Counted from the first letter of the stretch, positions 41,743 to 54,431 are shown. The stretch: DNA of 64,000 bases from Glycera tridactyla (GCA_965644265.1 OZ286471.1:54560001-54624000); one strand, 5' to 3'. Program-made: numbers and translations. Notes: generated by a model not told the origin, from the letters alone.

Positions 41743-42504
41743 CTCATGTCATTAATGCAATCTATGGTATATTCAAACCTGATCCTACTCTTTCATGTTT
41801 ATTCCATATTTTGAGCATGAATATCTTTCCATTACATGGCACTTTTCTGATCATCATATGACCTGAAAGGTTCAGCTTTTATTTGAGCAGAGTTCAACAA
41901 ATTAGTTCAGAGTTTGGTTGCCATGGCAACCATGGCAACCAAGAAATTCCACCTGGAATCACACATTTTTGAAATCTGGAATGAGTCCTAGGGGGTTACA
42001 TATAGAAGGAGCATATCACATTGTTCATCTTGGAGGTCTCTATCCGTTCATAGGGGGGGGGGGGGCTACTGAGATTTCGGAATATTTCTCCATAATATCA
42101 TGGAATAAAGATGGAAAAAAGGTCATTTTTCAAAATCAGAGGGCATTTGCCATCGAAAATTGTGAAAACTACGAGGAAATTTGAGAAGCCCCCCATAGGA
42201 TCTATTAGAGGCCAAGTATCTGAATATAATTACATGCAACATCCATATCTATCAGCTGGAAACTCATGGCAAAATTGCAAAATGTATGATTTCAGGGAGA
42301 ATTCTCTACTTTGTTGGTTGCCATGGCAACAATAACCTTGGATACAGAAGATTAAACCAACCCATTTTGAAGCCCAGTCATGTTTGTATACACATATCAC
42401 ATTGATCTTGAGATCATTCCCATTCATCATGTTAAAATATTTGAATCCCAAGCATGTGTCAGTGCATTTCACTTATGCAGTCAGAACTGCATTAACGACA
42501 TGAG
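41743..42504. mobile_element. 762-bp non-autonomous DNA transposon with TA target duplication (Tc1/mariner-type signature)
   Basis: Inverted ends CTCATGTCATTAATGCA / TGCATTAACGACATGAG (1 mismatch in 17). TA flanks both sides (41741-41742 and 42505-42506). The sister satellite unit reads CATATCA-TA-CCATACC with no insert (~42845). Confidence 0.9.
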
Positions 42505-43191
42505 TACCATACCATACCATACCATACCATATCATACCATACCACACCATACCATACCATACCATACCATACCATACCATGCCATACCATATCGTACCAG
42601 ATCATACCGTATCATACTATAACATATCATGACGTGAGTGTGGAGGGTATCATCGCCCATAGCATACCATACTATATCATAGCTTTTCATATGATATCAT
42701 ATCATAGCATATCACATCATACATTGATTGATACAATTTGCAGATGTGGTGAGGCTGAAAATTCTGTCGGGCATTTAATCTAGAGGCATGCACAAATTTC
42801 GGGTCTAGAAATATGAGAAATGCCCTCATATATCATATCGTATCATATCATACCATACCATACCATATCATACCATACCACACCATACCATACCATACCA
42901 TACCATGCCATACCATATCGTACCAGATCATACCGTATCATACTATAACATATCATAATGTGAGTGTGGAGGGTATCATCGCCCATAGCATACCATAGTT
43001 TTCAGATGTGGTGAGGCTGAAAATTCTGTCGGGCATTTGATACAGAGGCATGTACAAATTTGGAGTCTAGAAATATGAGAAATGCCCTCATATATCAGAT
43101 CGTATCGTATTGCATCGTATCATACCAAACCATACCATACCATACCATACCATACCATACCATACCATATGCTACCATACCATACCATACC

Positions 43192-43533
43192 TTATCATCC
43201 GATGGTGAGTCTAGCGTGTTGGGAAGACGTTGCTTCCGGCCCGCCTTGGCTGCCTGCGATACGTCGAGGGGGATTTGCGCTACGCGAATCCGCCCTCCTG
43301 ATTGGTCGCTTCGACCACGTGATGCTCATGCTAAATGCTGATTGGTTGTATAACAATCAAGTTCAAAGGTCAACTGGCAGCGACGCGCATTCGATTAGTG
43401 TAGCGTCACGACAAAGATCAGTGAAGATGCCTCAAGAAAAATGGCTGTAACTCATCAACCGCTGGTCCGATTTTCACAATCTAAACACCAAATTGAAACT
43501 TATTCATTATTCTAATCATTTATTGGATGATAA
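43192..43533. mobile_element. ~340-bp element with short TIRs inserted in (CCATA)n
   Basis: TTATCATCCGAT at the left and ATTGGATGATAA at the right (1 mismatch in 12). The GC-richer interior is unrelated to the satellite. Confidence 0.65.
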
Positions 43534-43537
43534 ATTC

Positions 43538-43686
43538 AGAATGCGTCTTGTGCCGGACACGGAAGGAGCGTACACGCCAGGTATCGATCCCCGGAGACGC
43601 ACTCGTGGCCTCCGGCCACTCGAGTGTCCTCGGAGATCGCTACTCTGCGTGTACGCTCCTTCCGTACCTGGCACTCGACGCATTCT
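43538..43686. mobile_element. 149-bp palindromic MITE
   Basis: AGAATGCGTCTTGTGCCGGACACGGAAGGAGCGTACACGC pairs imperfectly with GCGTGTACGCTCCTTCCGTACCTGGCACTCGACGCATTCT. The centre reads CACTCGTGGCCTCCGGCCACTCGAGTG. Confidence 0.85.
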
Positions 43687-44539
43687 TTATAAATACCATA
43701 CCATACCATACCATACCATACCATATCGTACCATATCGTATCATACCATACAATAGCATAGCATAGCATAGCATAGCATAGCATAGCATACAATACCATA
43801 CCATACCATACCATACCATACCATACCATACCATACGCTACCATACCCTACCATACCCTACCATACCATACCATTCCATACCATACCATACCATACCATA
43901 CCATACCATACAATACCATACCATACCATACAATACCATACCATACAATACCATTCCATATCTTATCGTACCAGATCATACCGTATCATATTATAACATA
44001 TCATAACGTGAGTGTGGAGGGTACCATCGCATACCATAGCATACCATACTATATCATAGCTTTTCATATGATATCATATCATAGCATATCACATCATACA
44101 TTGATTGATACAGTTTGCAGATGTGGTGAGGCTGAAAATTTTGTCGGGCATTCGATACAGAGGCATGCACAAATTTCGGGTCCAGAAATATGAGAAATGC
44201 CCTCATATATCATATCGTATCATATCATACCATACCATACCACACCATACTATATCATACCATACCATACCATGCCATACCATATTGTACCAGATCATAC
44301 CGTATCATACTATAACATATCATAACGTGAGTGTGGAGGGTATCATCGCATACCATAGCATACCATACCATATCATAGCTTTTCATATGATATCATATCA
44401 TAGCATATCACATCATACATTGTATCATATCATACATTGTATCATATCACATCATATTATATCACGTCGAGTCATGTCATGCTATATCATATCATATCTT
44501 ATCAAAGCATAGCATATATAATTATCATCTCTTCTCATC

Positions 44540-45130
44540 TCATCATCAGTAGACCTAGGCAGTCCGAGTTGACTGGTTATATGAATGTTTGATGTTTCGC
44601 TAAATCCACATTTCTCTACTAATGGAATAACGCTATAGGCCAGGATGTGATATAATTGAAGGCGGCAGATGCTTTCTAACTGTCGACATTTCCCAGAGTC
44701 TGCAGGGAATTCATCGCTCACTATTCTAGATCCGAGGTCTTTTCTCTGAAGCGTTCAGACCACTGTAATTGGATTAGATGTTAGAAATTGCCGAGTTGTT
44801 TGAACATCTTCCATGAAAGGAACACGAACGAGTGCTCCGGTCAAATTAACTGAATTCTGAAGTGTATATTTGACCCATTTTTGGCATCAGATGATATCAT
44901 TTCGCCATGATGCTACCAAAATGCACCAGACCTTATTCTGTGGCCCAGCATTAGAGACACAGTGGTGCCATGACAATTTCTCGACATAATTCACAGTTTT
45001 CATCTAAAATCCATCTAATCGACACGAATATGTGTCGGACATGGGTTTCGGTGAGCATTTCCATCGATGAGAAGAAAACAACTATGAATGAGAGAAAGAT
45101 GAAATTAAACAAGAGCTTGAATAATCGGAG
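44540..45130 (-). pseudogene. Possible decayed LRR remnant
   Basis: FFSSMEMLTETHVRHI (ORF 44951-45133) and CRQLESICRLQLYHIL (ORF 44482-44721). Confidence 0.3.
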
Positions 45131-45869
45131 CAAGCAAACGATAATTTAGAGGTAATGCGGAGAATGATCAGTGACTGCCAGTCCTTGAAAGCGCCATGTC
45201 AGCGAACGCTAAAACATTGTTCGATATACATGTTGAAATGTGTAGGCATATTTTATTCATCAATGCAATGGACAGCAAGCATGACTGACCGCCTCTGCGG
45301 ACGAGGTGGAAATATTGATTGTCAATGTTGCTAGCATCGATTATTCAGCAAATATACAATCCGTGATCGTTCCCTCCTCTCCATGACATATATTCTCAAC
45401 TTCTCTGATTAACACACAGCGGTTGCTGCCTGATCAGCGGATGCCAGTTTGAAAAATTGGATCTGCACGCATATTCAGAACCATCCCATAATGTCGAAGC
45501 AACTTGTAGTTTCAAATGACACGTCCTTGAAGAACATTTATTTCATTCGATCACAATATATTTTTTAAGAACTAGCACTTCATAAGCGTATGGTGTTGGT
45601 GGCCGTCGACAAGACCATTCCATAATGCAGTTGTGGCTCATATCACTAGAGGTTGAGGGCACTCAGAATGGCGAAGGTGCCCTTAATCACCTTGATTAGA
45701 CCATGATAATCAGGAATACTTGCTACTTGAACTCTTAGTGAAATGAAAACTCTGGCCTCGCCTTGTGGGTATAGTTGTCGCCGAATTCCCGTCGCAAGGC
45801 AACTTAATGTATGGCCACTTGGGAATATAGTTCTTGGTCCCAGTGGTGCTGGGCAGTGCAAATCTGATT

Positions 45870-45980
45870 ATCGAAGTCTCTTTTATGACATAATATCACA
45901 TTACTATTCATAGAGTTGATCACTGCACGGTACATATAGCATCGGCCTCCAAAATAGCACCAGGAAGGGGAGCACGCGCA
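45870..45980 (-). pseudogene. C-type lectin domain N-terminal remnant
   Basis: CACSPSWCYFGGRCYMY...LCHK matches the CPxxWxxxxxxCY start of long-form C-type lectin domains. It follows a pyrimidine tract, and I cannot read an intact C-terminal half. Confidence 0.5.
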
Positions 45981-46639
45981 CGTTTGAGAATGAGAGAAAG
46001 GAAGAGGCGGGGAAAGAAAATAAGAATGAGAGGTGAACAGGCAGACCGGCAGACCGGTTGACAGGCAGGCCAACTGGTATACGAACAGACTGCTCTCTGA
46101 TTAAGTCTACTACTGCGTCGGTGTTCTAAATAGCACCATACTCAGAAGAATCGAAAGCGTGCGCCGATATGTTTGAGAGAAGAGACGAAAAGAGGGAGCG
46201 AATCAGACGGGAAAAGAAAAGAGGGCTGACATATTTTCTGAAAAAGTGAGGGCGCGAGGGTGAGATTGAGAGAGGGAATTTATGGAAAAAAGAGAGGGGA
46301 AGAGAGGACGGAGCAGGGAGGTGAACAGAGAGAAGAGGANNNNNNNNNNNNNNNNNNNNNNNNNNNNNNNNNNNNNNNNNNNNNNNNNNNNNNNNNNNNN
46401 NNNNNNNNNNNNNNNNNNNNNNNNNNNNNNNNNNNNNNNNNNNNNNNNNNNNNNNNNNNNNNNNNNNNNNNNNNNNNNNNNNNNNNNNNNNNNNNNNNNN
46501 NNNNNNNNNNNNNNNNNNNNNAGCAGACGGGTATTGTAGGATGAAGAATGAGAATGATACACAGAAAGTGATAAAAACAGGGTGCAGTAAGCAAGACGAA
46601 GACGAATATTATCAAAAGATATAGACAGAGTCGATGATC

Positions 46640-46740
46640 TAAAACGATATCTATGAGAGGAAGAGAGAGAGAGAGGGCGATGATGGAGATCAAAGAGGGG
46701 GTGGGTGTGAAACCTGATGGAAGAGAGTAGGAGAGAGAGG

Positions 46741-46778
<38 letters not shown>

Positions 46779-46896
46779 AGGAGGGCGAGGAAGGGAGATG
46801 TAGTCCAGAATAGTATGTAAGCAAAATAGGGGTGGGTGTGACACCTGATGGAAGGGAGTAGAAGAGAGAGAGTGAGAGAGAGTGGGAGAGAGAGAG

Positions 46897-46951
<55 letters not shown>

Positions 46952-46995
46952 GGAGGAGGGCGAGGAAGGAAAATGTAGTTTAGAATAGTATATGA
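46640..46995. repeat. (GA)n tracts within a ~130-150-bp tandem duplication
   Basis: GGGGTGGGTGTGA.ACCTGATGGAAG...GGAGGAGGGCGAGGAAGG..ATGTAGT occurs twice (~46698 and ~46829). Confidence 0.85.
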
Positions 46996-47249
46996 TTAAA
47001 ATATTCTGATCCAAGAATAAGTAGAGGGGGTACGAATACATTTGGGAGAACAAGTGTCATAAAATGCAATGTAGACGCAGGAACAGAGACGAAGTCAGCC
47101 AGGAAAAACGCCTTTAGAAGAGAAGAGATATATTGAAGAGGAAGGAGCCGACCTAGCTTGGATATTCCATGCTAAGGAGTATTCAATCTGTGTGCTTGCT
47201 AGAAGATTGTTTGAATTAGCAAGCGATTTCTAGGTTAAATGTCAGCTGT

Positions 47250-47480
47250 GCTTATGTAAATGGGCCGGAACAAATGGCACACTTGAGGCTGCTACTCAGA
47301 CCTTCAAAGCCACTCGACAGCCACCCATTACCAAGCCACACTGATCTCCCCCTATATGACGAGTGACATATCCCGATGCCAGCTAACCACTGGCTCTTCA
47401 CGCGATTACTAAATTTGTACTTGATTCTTCGGATGAGGATACAATATCCATGGCGAGAGATGGCGTGAATGGAGTTTACA
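47250..47480 (-). pseudogene. Possible C-type lectin remnant
   Basis: LAMDIVSSSEES (compare LxxIxSxEE) in one frame and RSVWLG...KCAI in another. Fragmentary. Confidence 0.25.
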
Positions 47481-49209
47481 GTTCGATCTGACAAATCTTG
47501 TTCACTACCAATCTGTGTTCAGGAATCTTTCTCTCTCTGTCGTCCTTCCTACATCTTCCACCGAAAACACACACACCCATTCACCACCCCACCCGCTTCC
47601 TCTCTCTTTCGCACTTTCTCCGTTAATCACATGTCCTCTTCTTTCATACTTCATATATTCCTTGCCAATCGAGGAGCTCTCCATAAAAAGGCATGACTTT
47701 TTTTCGCTCGCTTATCCCAACCTATTTTTCGCCCCTCTTCTTATCAATCTCTGTATCTTTTCACCCCTTTCTCCCTCTCGTTTTTTTGAGCAAACACAAT
47801 CTCTCTCTCTACATCCCCTTCGCTCCATCTACCTCTCTCTCCCACCTTCGTATATCGTATACCCTCTCTATCTCCCTCATTCCCCCTATCTCTTTTCTCT
47901 TTTCATTCTCCCGCTATCTCTCCGTTGATCGTACTATTTTTCACACTAGCCTCAAATTCGGTCTGTATCAATTTCGCATTTGTCACTTTTTGCATATCTC
48001 ATTCTACCTATCCTTTGTTTCATGCCCTCTCACTCGGCTTAATATGTCACTCTATGTGAGCGCACATGCCGTACATGATAAAGCCGGCGACATCAATACT
48101 TAGAGCACCAGTGGATATATTGACAATTGCACATTAACTTGATTTTCGAAGTTCAATTGAGACCATCTTTTGAATGAGGATTCTGACAGAAAACTTTCGA
48201 ACGGAGGAATTGAGCAGAATGGGAAAGACACGAGATAAAACATAGAGAATTAGCCGAGGAAGAGCATACATTTCAATACCATCTGAATTTCTATACAATA
48301 TACAATGATCGAGTCTGATCGAATGAAATTTCGCAACAGTATCAAGCAGACAGTGACAAATACATTCCAGTGGAGGCGATGCTGTATCTTTCTGCTGCAT
48401 ATCAATTTGTGATGTCGGCCATTTCGTACTCTGGACTAATCGGCATCGTGGTGCGGAGAGATTTCAATTTTGGAGGACATGTGCAATTATCCAAAGATGC
48501 GGCTGGGTCAAATCAAAAGTGGGCTGAATTGTCGAGGAAAGATCTGTGATATGAAATGAATGAAGATCGATCGGGGATGGCTGGTCGCTAGGGGTCCATT
48601 CTCCTGAATTCAGCGGCGAGATTCTCGGTCATGGATGGACTGTTCGCTTCGGTATCCATGGAATACCGGCCGAACTTGGCCCACCTCATACTCAAGATGA
48701 CGGTCTTATGAAAAAAAAACTACTACGACGATGGCTGTCCAAGAAAATAAGGAGGACCAAAAGAGATGTATTTAATTTGAGCTTCTTTTTTGAATCGATC
48801 GCCATAGTTATGATGACAAAAACCACATTCGAACAATCATGGCAATTTCGACAAAGGATTGACTAATATTGCTCCAGATTCTGAGTGATATTGACTGCTC
48901 CATTACACGGTTTTTTGGACCTCACGATATTGTTCAGTCTTTGTCCCTTGACCGTCATTTGATGACAGGTCATTCTATCATTATTGGACCGTGTCTTGTG
49001 ATAGGTAGGGCAGGAGTCGAAGCCAGGCTGGTTCAATATGTCATCAGTGAACAACTTAGTTTCCAGGCATTCAGGTCATAATGCACATATGATTCAAATA
49101 TTCGCCTCATTCCAAAAGACTGTGACTGCTGCCACTATTGCAATACCGACTGATATATAGTGATAAATATGGTGTTATCACTATAGTGTTTAGATGAATC
49201 AATATTGCA

Positions 49210-49990
49210 GATGGGCGACCAAATACTGGTTCGTGCACCATTACACTGTCCATATGACCTGTGCAAATGACTGGAAGCTTCATGGTCTTTTATCCCCTGT
49301 TGTGCGGATGTAGAGTGTATTCTATGACGATGTAGTAGTGATAGATATGTAGTACCTGCATTCAATTATAAATTCCTCCAAAAATATATGATAGGCTCAA
49401 GCTTGCATCTGCCTGCTCGGAAATGTAATTAGGGCGTATCGAACAGCTGCATCCACAATAGTTTTGCCAGTCCAAGAAAATATATGAGTATTGTATTTGG
49501 TTTTTCACTCAGTAAAATATTAATCTATCTGGAATGGTGGCTCATATATGATTCGTTTTTTATGGAATCTGAGTGTTCTATGAGCCTGGTTCAGTGGTGG
49601 ATAGACATATCAACAAATAGTGTGGCCAGTCTAACAAAATATACGAGTACTGGATATTTGGTTTTCACTGCATAAGATACCAAATTGTCAGGAATGATGG
49701 CTCATATTTGAATTGTTATTGCTAGATTCTTACCGAGTGTTCCATGAGCCTGGATCAGTGGTGGATAGACATATCAACAGATAATGGGGGCTCCGAATCA
49801 TGGATGAGAAGCAGTTCAAGCAATTTTTTGAGTTGGTCATTGTCAAGGGCTGTTATTTAGCCTGGAGTGAAGAATGAAGATGGAACACTGCTAGTGTATG
49901 GTGAGACTGACTGGCAGGTAGTGGATTACAGCGAGCAAACAATATGATGGACTAGGATGGCATTAGCTAATGCTCCATACTGGCTAGGAA
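49210..49990 (+). pseudogene. Possible C-type lectin remnant
   Basis: TCANDWKLHG near 49255-49290 and PGVKNEDGTLLVYGETDWQVVDY near 49860-49930. The key cysteines are missing. Confidence 0.25.
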
Positions 49991-50517
49991 CGGATGATAT
50001 TACACCACCTTATGAACATTGACACCCATCTCAAAACACACAGACGCACAGACACACACCAACCACCCACACACACACCTACACATCACAGACGCACCCA
50101 TTCCCAGCTCACAAAGTTCATCATGCCATCAGCGTCAAATTTGTTTTGTCTATTTTGGCAGGATCAGGGTGGGCTCCATGGGACATGCATTGATATCGAT
50201 ATGTCATAACATTTCAACCTTTTTCTGGTGCAGAATACATAGAACAGCCAAGCCGCATTCTCCATTGAGCGTCGTAACGTTCTGCCGCAGTCACTTGAAT
50301 CACACAGCTCTTATTGTATATTTCAAGACAAAGTTTCCTTAGGCTCTCAGATGGATATAGAGAGATGTGTATGAACTGTCCTCGAGGTGTAGGGGATTCC
50401 GGGATCACACTTTTTGGGAGGGGGAACCGGCAAATCGACACATCTCCCAAGCAACACAGGGATAAAAGACGACGTCCTCCGGTTTCCAATGTTTATTGTC
50501 ACACCATTCACTACATA

Positions 50518-50619
50518 CTGTCTGTTCAACGGGAGTTGAAACCTCATCTGACAGCTACTCATGTGTCTGGTGGATTGGAAGCCCCTTCTCCCAGGTCTCA
50601 ACTCCCGTTGAATAGACAG
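50518..50619. mobile_element. 102-bp hairpin MITE with TA target duplication
   Basis: CTGTCTGTTCAACGGGAGTTGAAACCT and AGGTCTCAACTCCCGTTGAATAGACAG (2 mismatches in 27). TA on both sides (50516-50517 and 50620-50621). Confidence 0.85.
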
Positions 50620-51519
50620 TAGTACAATAGAAGGTGTGTAGTGCATTCGCGAATGACCTTGCAGGATCTTCAGAGAGAAATCTCACTAGAGCGCATTGTT
50701 TAATGTTCGATCAAAATATGATTCACCGTAACTAATTCATGGTACCTGGATGGATAGTCACATGAATTGATATTGGAACAGAAATGACTGACGGAATGGA
50801 GGTGACCAAGCCCCGACTGCTCATTTCTAACACAGCGAAGTTTTATTATATAGTCAATTCCTTAATCGGTTCTTAACGATATTTTCTAGTAAATTGTAAC
50901 AATGTATGTCACAAGTGCATGCTGATAATGACTTTGTACAAGTCAGGACACAGGATTGGTGTCCGAAGACACGAAGTCAATAGAGGAAGGTACAAAAATA
51001 TTGAGTGATGGAAAAATCGATTGAATCATCAGCACACATTGCATGTGTGGTTCTCAAATATGATCGATATGGTGGGCATCACATAGTATACACGACATCA
51101 GGCAATCTGATGAACTATGAATTCGTTACACATGGTTATTTTCTGAAGTGCACTAATGCACTTTATAATTGTTTCATACACATGAATACCGCTGCTTATA
51201 TTCTTGACTGTTTGGCGTACTGAGCCTCTTGGTGTATTCGTCTGTTAACGATCATTGCGAGCAGGGGCTGCATGGATAAACTGCAGAAGCTGGTTATAAC
51301 CTTTTACTCATAACTAACAGTCAGATATAGTTCCCTTTTTTCACGAGAGTTGCTTTGCTGATCATACGACCAATGTGGCAAGGCTGAGACTTCTTTCCGA
51401 TAGCGGGTATGTTTAGAGAGAATCAGATTCAATGGGGTCATGTCTTCTGATCGAGGGGTACAGTGCCCTCTGCTGGATATTTTTTATGTTTTTGTTTAGC
51501 TGGAGACGCATTAGGCCCA

Positions 51520-52125
51520 CTACTGAAGGTGTATCATTCTCCTGCTAGAGGTATATCATGTATTCTGCCTGAGACATATCTTGCCCCCTGGTGGTATCTC
51601 GCATGCGTTTGGTGTATATTATTTCTACCACGCTGAAGGTGTATTATGCCTACTTATTGAGGTATATCATACCTTCTGCTGAATATGTAATATGCCCTTT
51701 TATGAAGGAGTGTCATGAATTTTGCTGGAGGTGTATCATGTCTACTGCTGGGGGTTATCATGCATTCTGCTCGAGGTGTTCATAACCACTACCTGTGGTG
51801 TATCAAACCTTCCGTTTGATTTGTTTTTCATGTCGCCAACTGGACAGGTGTAACATACCTTGCTCAGGATGTATCATACCCTGTGCTGGATATTAATCCT
51901 ACTTTCCGCTAGGGTTGTATGAGAACTTTTGCTTGAGTTATATCATACCCAGTTCTGGAGATGTATCAAGCCTCCCGCCTGAGGTGTACCATGCTATCAA
52001 TTGGAGAAGGTGGACGATGCCTACTGCTAAAAGTGTATCAAGCCTTTCACTGAAGGTGTATCAAGCCTTCTGCTGAATTATGCCTAATGCTCGAGTCTTC
52101 TGTTGTATATATCATGCCATCTGCT
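51520..52125. repeat. Highly degenerate ~22-bp minisatellite (consensus near GAGGTGTATCATGCCTTCTGCT)
   Basis: GGTGTATCA/GGTATATCA recurs at roughly 22-bp intervals throughout. Confidence 0.75.
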
Positions 52126-52771
52126 GGAATCATATGATAATGGCACCTTGCTTACATTTATATGCTCAAGTGACATAGATGCATAAATAAAATCCCGAGA
52201 CAGGTAATATATGTTCCTGACATATTTTCGAGAAAATCACTTGTGATGGTGAAATGATTTGAAATTAGGTACTTGCTGCAGCATTTCATATTCCGAAGAA
52301 TGTGAAATGATGTCATGTATAGTTTTTGCAAGCTTTTCACCATGGCGGATTTCGCACGCATACATTCAATGAAGAATCTGCCTGCAAAATGCGCTAAATT
52401 CATTCTTGTGAGAGATAGTGGGGCTCTCAACTCATAGGAGTGGCTGAGGTATCAGTTTTTGGCCGGCCAAATGTACAAAGCCCTACATTTGTTTCTCGTT
52501 CACATACAAAAATAGTGCTGATGCAAGTGCGGGGAGAGTGACATATTGGGGGAGTGTGTCGTTTCTGCAGTGGTTTGTTTGCAAGGACCTTGCTTATTTT
52601 GCTTTGTCAAACACAGGTCTACTACCTTGCATTGCCGAATGTCACTGTCCCATGGGGAATGCTTGAAGGTACGCTGCCAAGCAACACCTGTCTGTGAAAT
52701 AATAGACTAATTGCTGTTACTGAAAGCGCTGACAATACGATTTTTTTAGTCTCACACTCGGACTGATATAT

Positions 52772-54431
52772 GGTACTGTCTCTAAAGGTGGTGATCGCGC
52801 CTATGATAAAATGTCCAAATCAGTCAAACAACTGCCATTACAAACAATGAGAATATAATTGCACCAACTCTTCACTAAATAAGACAGAAGATATTTCTCG
52901 GTCATATGCTTGAATTTCAAGGTGATATCTCAATGGAAACTATCATTTATCAGATGTCAAAGTGCGAAAATAAGCCTAAAATTGGCTATTTTGAGGAACA
53001 ATTTTCAACTTTCTCATTTAAAAAAATCATATCCTGGCATCAGAACAACACAACCCCACAAATTTGGTGTCAAATAAAAGAAAACCATCATGTCCACACA
53101 TATTTACTACCTGTGCTCCTGCAAAACTCTTCATCTGGAAACTATCAGTGACTGAAGGTGTTGTAACTAATTTGGGTATTCTTGTTACAACACCAGTGGC
53201 ATTCCACCTGGTATTTTGGGCAAATGATATTCTGCCAACAAAACATCCTTCATCGAGGTAATCACCCATCTTGAATCATTTAAAAAAATCAGGCAAAAAT
53301 TCCATTTATATTCCAACTGAGATGATTTCAGACATAATGTCCTAATATTTTTTGTTACAACACCAAAATTTGGCCCCCTGTCCAATCCATGGAACCAAAT
53401 TCATGTAACATACATGTCTTACACATCCCTTTTCTCCTCAATGCCATCTATGTGTTAAAAGCGAAAGAGAATCAGAGCACTGATAATCAAAAGATTTTAT
53501 CACACTATATCAATCAGGTGTCCAAATATGTCCTGTGTTACAACACCGGTTGTAACCTGGACTGTCCTGTTTACAAAACAGACTTCAACCCCTTCTCAGT
53601 GTTGAAACAGCCATTTCTCAATAATCTGATCTCATGATTGATTGAATGATATCTTAGGGATGATTTATACAGATTTCTGGTGCAACATACAATGAAATGT
53701 GGCAGACATGGCACTGTCCAGTTACAACACCATACTGCTTGATTTTTATAATGATTTCATGCGGGTTTTTCTGATCTCTGTGCCTTGATTGATCACAGAA
53801 GTGATATAACATTGATGATTTTATCCAGAGAGAAGAGAACCTGAAGAACTATGGAGGAACCAGTGAGAGGGACTCTCCAATAAAACAAGATGTGAAAAAG
53901 ATATATGTGTTGTAACTAGGACTTGATCTTGCAGTGGGGCTCACCAGTTTCCATGAGAAACTGGGTGGCAAGTCAGTACTCCAAAATTAGCAGTACTTCC
54001 ATACACATTCTGATGTAGCATTATGATTGCCTCAGTAGCTTTTTTCTATTTTTTATACCCAATCAAAGCTATTATGTCCTGTTACAACACCAGATATTTT
54101 GACTTGCATGCATCCAGGCAGAAAATCTTTTAACAGAGCTGGTTCTATCATAAGGTCGGCGTATGAGACCAAGTTACAATGTATCCAAATAGTGACCAAT
54201 TCAATGAATAATTGAAGCTTGCACAACTGATTGCACAAAAGTGTTACAACACCAAACTTTTTGATAATTGCTTGTATATGTTGGAGAGATACAGGGACTC
54301 AGTGTTCCTAAAACCAGAACCTGATGTCCTAGGCTAAGGGTACCAACACCTGATGGAAGTTTATTGAAAAAAATGAAGTTTATAATTTGGCCCTCTGAGA
54401 GCATTTGATCACCACCTTTAGAGACAGTACC
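52772..54431. mobile_element. 1.66-kb non-autonomous TIR DNA transposon
   Basis: Perfect 25-bp TIRs GGTACTGTCTCTAAAGGTGGTGATC / GATCACCACCTTTAGAGACAGTACC, flanked by ATAT on both sides. No long ORF inside. Eight GTTACAACAC motifs. Confidence 0.9.

Larger units (their letters stand above)
41620..44520. repeat. Composite satellite: four copies of a ~260-350-bp unit containing (CCATA)n/(CATAT)n tracts
   Basis: CAGATGTGGTGAGGCTGAAAATT begins at 41631, 42741, 43003 and 44118. Each is followed by GAGAAATGCCCTCATATATC and pentamer tracts. Confidence 0.9.

Noticed and set aside
42380-44512. YHTIP / MVWYG repeat ORFs
   Set aside because: They are translations of (CCATA)n.
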